Assembly (NCBI GenBank): GCA_963826115.1
Contig: CAWGVS010000005.1
Span: 96,001 to 160,000 of the forward strand
Length of the DNA stretch: 64,000 nt
Origin: an uncultured Candidatus Rokubacteria bacterium
GTDB lineage: Bacteria; Methylomirabilota; Methylomirabilia; Rokubacteriales; DASRDR01
Reading direction: 5' to 3'
This document shows positions 58,638 through 64,000 of the stretch, in pieces (the first letter of the stretch is position 1; each line of letters opens with the position of its first letter). The translations under genes were made by a program, and so were the position numbers. Below the pieces are notes generated by a model. That model did no database searches. It worked only from the letters and a program-made list of their open reading frames with translations, and was not told the origin of the DNA.

Positions 58638-59798
58638 GTGGACTTCAGCCTGACCGAGGAGCAAGAGCGCTACCGGGCGCTGGTCCGGGAGTTCGCCCAG
58701 CAGGAAGTCGCGCCGCACGTGGCGGACTACGATCGGGAGGAGCGCTACCCGACCGAGATCGTGAAGAAGATGGCGCCGCTCGGGTTCCTGGGCGGCACCA
58801 TTCCCGAGGCGTACGGCGGTCCCGGCATCGACCACCTCACGATGGCGCTCGGCATCGAGGAGATGTCGCGCGTCTGCATCCACATGGGATCGGCGATGGG
58901 CCGGGCCGCCGGGCTCGTCGGGTCCGGCATCCTCCAGTTCGGCACCGAGGCGCAGAAGCAGCGCTATCTGGTCCCGCTCGCTCGCGGCGAGACCTTCGCG
59001 GGGACGGCGGTCACGGAGCCGCACTCGGGGACGGACGTCGCCGCCATGGAGACGACCGTCGTCCGTCGCGGCGACGAGTACATCATCAACGGCGCGAAGA
59101 TCTGGATCTCCGGCGTCGGCCTCGCCGAGTGGTACCTCACCTTCGCGACGCTCGACCGCGCGAAGGGGTCGAAGGGCATCTCTGCGTTCGTGGTGGAGCG
59201 CGGGTTCCCGGGCTTCAGCGAGCGGCTGATCCGGAACAAGCTCGCGTTCCGGCCCGCCCAGGTCGGGGAGCTCGTGTTCGAGGACTGCCGCGTGCCGGCG
59301 GCGAACCTGGTCGGCCGGGAAGGGGAGGGCTTGAAGGTCGCCCTCTGCGCCGTCGAGAACGGACGCCTCTCCGTGGCCTGCCGCGCGGTGGGTCTCGCGC
59401 AGGGTTGCCTCGACGCCTCGGTCGCCTATGCGCGGCACCGCGTCGTCCAGGGCCAGCCGATCGCCCGCTACCAGCTCGTGCAGGCGAAGATCGCCGAGAT
59501 GGTGATGGGGATCGAGTCGGCGCGCTACCTCACCTACCGGCTCGCGTGGCTAAAGGCCCAGGGGGTGCGCCGCGCGCGGCGCGAGTCGTCGATCGCGAAG
59601 CTCTACGCCTCGGAGATGGCGTTCCGGGCGGCGTCGGACGCCGTCCAGATCCACGGCGCGTACGGCGCCTCCGAGGAGTACGTGGTCGGCCGCTTCCTCC
59701 GGGACGCGAAGTTCCTCCAGGTGGTGGAGGGCGTGAACGACATCCACCGCGTCCTGATCGGCGAGTACGGCCTCGGCCTCCGCGAGGACCCCCGGTAA
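58638..59798 (+). CDS. Acyl-CoA dehydrogenase
   Basis: FSLTEEQ, TEPHSGTD, INGAKIWI, FEDCRVP, AVQIHGAYG, EGVNDI. Confidence 0.93.
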   Translation: MDFSLTEEQERYRALVREFAQQEVAPHVADYDREERYPTEIVKKMAPLGFLGGTIPEAYGGPGIDHLTMALGIEEMSRVCIHMGSAMGRAAGLVGSGILQFGTEAQKQRYLVPLARGETFAGTAVTEPHSGTDVAAMETTVVRRGDEYIINGAKIWISGVGLAEWYLTFATLDRAKGSKGISAFVVERGFPGFSERLIRNKLAFRPAQVGELVFEDCRVPAANLVGREGEGLKVALCAVENGRLSVACRAVGLAQGCLDASVAYARHRVVQGQPIARYQLVQAKIAEMVMGIESARYLTYRLAWLKAQGVRRARRESSIAKLYASEMAFRAASDAVQIHGAYGASEEYVVGRFLRDAKFLQVVEGVNDIHRVLIGEYGLGLREDPR

Positions 59799-59853
59799 CC
59801 ACCCTGGCTGATCTGCGTGGCGATGGCGAACTCCTGAATGGAGCTCGAATCGA

Positions 59854-60234
59854 GTGCCGCACAGACTGGGATTTGGCCCGTGTAGTTGCCTGAAACTTCC
59901 ACCGGGCTCCGGCATCAAGCAGTCCGTGTGTGCCCTGCTGCTCGAGCGGCTGGAAGGTTTGAAACGAGAGCCTCCCGCACGCCTCCGTGAGCTCCCCGGT
60001 TCTCGTGCCGATGAACGCGCCGCCGCGGGATGGAGATTGACCCTGACTACCTATTGCGGGGACGGCCCGGACGGCACGGTTGGCATCGTGGTTCAGGCGT
60101 TCGTGCCGACGTGGCGGTGGCCCACGTACGTGTCCCTCGGCGCCGTGGGCTACATGTTCGCGGAGGGATTCGTCCTGGCCCCGGACGACACGATCTCGGA
60201 GATGCCCGAGGAATGGCTCTGGCAATTTCGGTGA
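59854..60234 (+). CDS. Hypothetical protein (start uncertain, probably later than 59854)
   Basis: The C-terminal ~95 aa look protein-like and the ORF fills the gap between genes; no motif recognised. Confidence 0.4.
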   Translation: MPHRLGFGPCSCLKLPPGSGIKQSVCALLLERLEGLKREPPARLRELPGSRADERAAAGWRLTLTTYCGDGPDGTVGIVVQAFVPTWRWPTYVSLGAVGYMFAEGFVLAPDDTISEMPEEWLWQFR

Positions 60235-60299
60235 GCCCCGCCAAGGCGGTGGGCCGCTGAGGCCCCGAGGGGCCGGGGCGCGCACAGCGCGACGTATCG

Positions 60300-61223
60300 C
60301 TAGCTGCTGGCGCGGACCGCGGCGAACGTGCGGCGGAGGCCCTCGTCGAGCGGGACGCGGGGCGCCCAGTCGAGGAGCTGGCGGGCGCGCGAGGCGTCGA
60401 GGAGGCTCCGGCGCTGCTCCCCGGGACGCGCGGGGCCGTGGCGGCGCTCCCCGCGACCGCCGAACGCCGCGCGGAGCGTCTCGAAGAGCTCGACGACGGT
60501 CGTCTCGATCCCGGTGCCGATGTTGATCGGGCCCGTCACGTGGGGTCGCTCGAGAGCCCGGAGCGCCGCCTCGGCCACGTCGCCCACGTACACGTAGTCG
60601 CGCGTCTGGAGCCCGTCCCCGTTGATGAGGCACGGCTCGCCGCGCAAGAGGCGATCCGTGAAGATCGCGATCACTCCGGCCTCGCCGTGCGGATCCTGCC
60701 GGGGTCCGTAGATGTTCGCGAGCCGGAGGACGACGCCGCTCAGGCCGTGGAGCGCCTCCCAGCAGCCGAGGTAGAGCTCCGCCGCGACCTTCGAGGTGCC
60801 GTAGGGCGAGACTGGCCGGCTGGGGTGGCTCTCGGGCGTCGGGATCACGTCGGTGTCCCCGTACCCGGCGCCGCCCGTCGAGACGTAGACCACGCGGCGA
60901 GTCCCGGCCCGGCGGCAGCTCTCCAGGAGGTTGACGGTCCCGAGCACGTTGATCTCGGCGTCGAGGCGCGGGTTCGCGACCGAGCGACTGACCGAGGCCT
61001 GAGCGGCGAGGTGGACCACGGCCTCGGGCGTTTCGGCGCGGAAGACGTCGTCGAGCGCCGCGCTCCGGATGTCGGTCACGTGGAGCCGGGCGGCGGGGTT
61101 GACCTGCTGTCGCCGGCCAGTGCTGAGGTCGTCCACGGCCGCCACCTGGTGGCCGGCCTCGACGCAGCGGTCCACGACGTGGGAGCCGATGAAGCCCGCG
61201 CCGCCGGTCACGAGGATCTTCAC
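60300..61223 (-). CDS. NAD-dependent epimerase/dehydratase (UDP-glucose 4-epimerase-like)
   Basis: VTGGAGFIGSH, HLAAQASV, YGTSK, NIYGPRQ, RDYVYV. Confidence 0.92.
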   Translation of the reverse strand: MKILVTGGAGFIGSHVVDRCVEAGHQVAAVDDLSTGRRQQVNPAARLHVTDIRSAALDDVFRAETPEAVVHLAAQASVSRSVANPRLDAEINVLGTVNLLESCRRAGTRRVVYVSTGGAGYGDTDVIPTPESHPSRPVSPYGTSKVAAELYLGCWEALHGLSGVVLRLANIYGPRQDPHGEAGVIAIFTDRLLRGEPCLINGDGLQTRDYVYVGDVAEAALRALERPHVTGPINIGTGIETTVVELFETLRAAFGGRGERRHGPARPGEQRRSLLDASRARQLLDWAPRVPLDEGLRRTFAAVRASS

Positions 61224-61277
61224 GCCGCCGCATTATGGAGGCCCGGTCGGCGCGTGCCAAGCACCTTGTAGCGGGCC

Positions 61278-61306
61278 TTGGGCCACGTTCGCGTTCGGGC
61301 TAAGGT
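61278..61306 (+). promoter_or_regulatory. Sigma70-type promoter (leaderless) for the acyl-CoA synthetase
   Basis: TTGGGC-N17-TAAGGT-N7-ATG. Confidence 0.5.
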
Positions 61307-61313
61307 GAGCGCC

Positions 61314-63404
61314 ATGAGCGCGACCGGCGCCCCGGGAAGCGGGCGCGACCCCGCGGGTCTCGGCCGTCTGTTCGCGCCGCGCGCGATCGCGCTGATCGGC
61401 GTGCCTGGAGACCTCTCGCGTCCGGGCGCCCGCCCGCTCCACTTTCTCCGGCGTCACGGGTACGCGGGTCGCCTGTATCCGGTGAACCCCGGGCATCGGA
61501 CGATCGGGGACCTGCCGGCGTATCCGTCCCTCGACGCGCTGCCGGAGCGCCCCGATGTCGCGTGGATCGGCCTGCCGGCGGCCCAGGCGCCCACCGCCGT
61601 CGCGGCGTGCGGCCGTGCCGGCGTGCCGTACGCGGTGGTGCTGGGCGCCGGGTTCGCCGAGACCGGGGAGTCGGGCGCGCAGGAGCAGGCGCGCCTGATC
61701 GAAGCCGCTCGGGATGCCGGCGTGCGGCTCCTCGGACCGAATACCGTCGGTTTCGTGAACGCCTGGGACCGGGTCGCGCTCACCTTCTCGACCGTCGGCG
61801 AGCTCGACACCCTCGTCCCCGGACCGGTGGCCGTGCTCTCGCAGTCGGGCGGGCTCGGCGGGTGTCTTCTCGACCGCGCCACGGAGCGACACCTGGGCGT
61901 GGGTCTGTTCGTCTCGACGGGAAACGAGGCGGACCTCTCGCTGGCCGACTACCTCGACTGGCTGGTCGAGGACGGGCGCGCGCGCGCCGTCGCATGCCTC
62001 GTCGAGCAGGTGCGCGCCCCCGGGCGCGTCGCGGCTGCCGTCGAGCGCGCGGCGTCGCGCGGCATCGCGGTGGTGGCCCTCAAGCTCGGCGCCTCCGCCT
62101 CGGGCTCGCGGGCCGCGCGCTCGCACACGGGCTCGCTCGCCGGCGGGCGCGACGCCTGGAGGGCGTGGTCGCGGACGGCGGGGCTCATCGAGGTCACCGA
62201 GCTCGACCACCTCGTGGAGACGGCGGTCCACCTCGCGCGGACGCCGGCGCTCGGCGGGTCGCGCATGGCGATGGTGACGTCTTCGGGGGGCGTCGCGGTG
62301 CTGCTCGCGGACGCGCTGGAGCCCCGGGGCTTCGCGTTCGCCCCGCTCGCCGAGGAGACGGCGCGGGAGGTGCGAGCGCTGCTCCCCGCCTACGTGACGG
62401 TGACCAACCCGCTCGACATCACGGCCGGCCTCCCGGACGAGACCTTCGGTAAGGTGCTCGCCGCGGTGGCCGGGGACCCGGGCATCGACGTCGTCGTCGT
62501 GCCGCTCACGCTCGCCACCGCCGGCGGAGGCGCGGCGCGCGCCGAGCAGGTCGCGCGGGCGGCGCGCGGAGCCGGGAAGCCCCTGGTCGTTTGCTGGCCC
62601 GGGGGGCGGCTCGTCCGCGAGGGGTTCCGGGTGCTGGACGAGGCAGGCGTGCCGCTGTTCGCCACGGTCGCGGGGTGCGCCGCGGCGCTGGGCGCCGCCC
62701 GCGAGTTTCGGGACGTCCGCGCGCGGCCGGCGCGCGTGGTGCCACCGGCCGCCGCGCTGGCGGTCCCGGCCGGCGCGGGCGCGCTGTCGTGGACGTCGAC
62801 GCGGGACCTCGTGGCCGCCGCCGGACTCCGCATGGCGTCCGAGGTGATCGTCCGTGACGAGAGAGAGGTCCGCGCCGCGGCGGACCGTTTCCGCTATCCG
62901 GTCGCCGTCAAGGTGCTGGGACCGCTTCACCGGTCGGACGTGGGCGGCGTGCGGCTGGGGGTCGCCAACCTCGACGAGGTCGTCGCGACCGTCGCGTCGC
63001 TCCGCCCGCTGGGCGAGGCGTGTCTCATCCAGCCGATGGTCGCGGGGCTCGAGGTGCTGGTCGGGGCCATTCGCGATCCGGAACTCGGCCCGTTCGTCCT
63101 GGTGGCGCCGGGCGGCGTGCGGGCGGAGCTCTACGGCGAGCGCGCCATGGCGCCCGCTCCCTGCGATTCGGCGACGGCCGAGCGGCTGATCCGCGAGTGC
63201 CGGAGCCTCGACGCGCTCGTCGAGGGCCACCGGGGGGGCTCGGCCGCGGACCGCGCGGCCCTGGTCGACGCGATCGTGCGCGCCGCCGCGCTGGCGGCGG
63301 GGATCGGGTCGCGCCTCGCCGCCCTCGACCTGAACCCGGTGATCGTCGGGCCGCCGGGCGCCGGCGCCACGGTGGTGGATGCGCGCATCCTCATCGAGCC
63401 GTGA
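61314..63404 (+). CDS. ADP-forming acyl-CoA synthetase (acetate-CoA ligase family)
   Basis: LFAPRAIALIG, YPVNP, LLGPNTVG, SQSGG, SHTGSLAG, HRSDVGGV, LDLNPV. Confidence 0.9.
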   Translation: MSATGAPGSGRDPAGLGRLFAPRAIALIGVPGDLSRPGARPLHFLRRHGYAGRLYPVNPGHRTIGDLPAYPSLDALPERPDVAWIGLPAAQAPTAVAACGRAGVPYAVVLGAGFAETGESGAQEQARLIEAARDAGVRLLGPNTVGFVNAWDRVALTFSTVGELDTLVPGPVAVLSQSGGLGGCLLDRATERHLGVGLFVSTGNEADLSLADYLDWLVEDGRARAVACLVEQVRAPGRVAAAVERAASRGIAVVALKLGASASGSRAARSHTGSLAGGRDAWRAWSRTAGLIEVTELDHLVETAVHLARTPALGGSRMAMVTSSGGVAVLLADALEPRGFAFAPLAEETAREVRALLPAYVTVTNPLDITAGLPDETFGKVLAAVAGDPGIDVVVVPLTLATAGGGAARAEQVARAARGAGKPLVVCWPGGRLVREGFRVLDEAGVPLFATVAGCAAALGAAREFRDVRARPARVVPPAAALAVPAGAGALSWTSTRDLVAAAGLRMASEVIVRDEREVRAAADRFRYPVAVKVLGPLHRSDVGGVRLGVANLDEVVATVASLRPLGEACLIQPMVAGLEVLVGAIRDPELGPFVLVAPGGVRAELYGERAMAPAPCDSATAERLIRECRSLDALVEGHRGGSAADRAALVDAIVRAAALAAGIGSRLAALDLNPVIVGPPGAGATVVDARILIEP

Positions 63405-63489
63405 CGCCGCTCCGGGCGCGTGTCGCGCGTCGAAACGTCACGATCGCGGTCACGATCATCGCGAAAGGGCGCGGCGCCGCACAAAGCGG

Positions 63490-63517
63490 TTGCCGGCCGC
63501 GCGGCCCGGCCTATAAT
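63490..63517 (+). promoter_or_regulatory. Sigma70-type promoter upstream of the MoxR ATPase
   Basis: TTGCCG-N16-TATAAT. Confidence 0.55.
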
Positions 63518-63567
63518 GGGTCCACGCATCACGCGCTCGGACCGACTCCATCGACCGGGGGGTAGGG

Positions 63568-64000
<433 letters not shown>

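Noticed and set aside
59799-59930. Lower-GC patch after the acyl-CoA dehydrogenase as a foreign insert
   Set aside because: Too short, with no boundaries or motifs to support it.

Overview
Very GC-rich bacterial chromosomal window. The gene repertoire (poly-GAF hybrid kinase, cyclase-NTPase-TPR protein, many solute-binding proteins, Pup) suggests Ca. Rokubacteria/Methylomirabilota, which is an inference. From left to right: the 3' end of a urease alpha-like gene; a YceI/FAD oxidoreductase/class III aminotransferase operon divergent from an OmpR-type two-component pair; and a ~4.4 kb patchwork island (6127-10567) bounded by two repeat modules in permuted order (A-B ... B'-A') carrying gene fragments, small exported proteins, a RAPP-ending peptide and a phosphoesterase. 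Next come an acid phosphatase, a CoA ligase/thioesterase/amidase catabolic operon, a cyclic-nucleotide signalling block with a frameshifted 12-GAF hybrid kinase, and a dtnK-pdxA2-like operon. The middle holds a frameshifted hot-dog-fold gene followed by an OsmC-family gene with an in-frame UGA and SECIS-like hairpin (probable selenoprotein), TRAP/ABC transport genes, ccdA, thrB and dcd-pup-FmdB (Pup with no proteasome genes in the window). The right end has a fused indolepyruvate oxidoreductase, LysR, Tat transglutaminase-like protein, TlpA, LLM oxidoreductase, VOC/PrpD/acyl-CoA dehydrogenase, epimerase, acyl-CoA synthetase and the start of a MoxR ATPase. Several genes look leaderless. No rRNA, tRNA, CRISPR array, transposase or integrase was recognised. 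All calls come from reading motifs by eye; no database searches were run.
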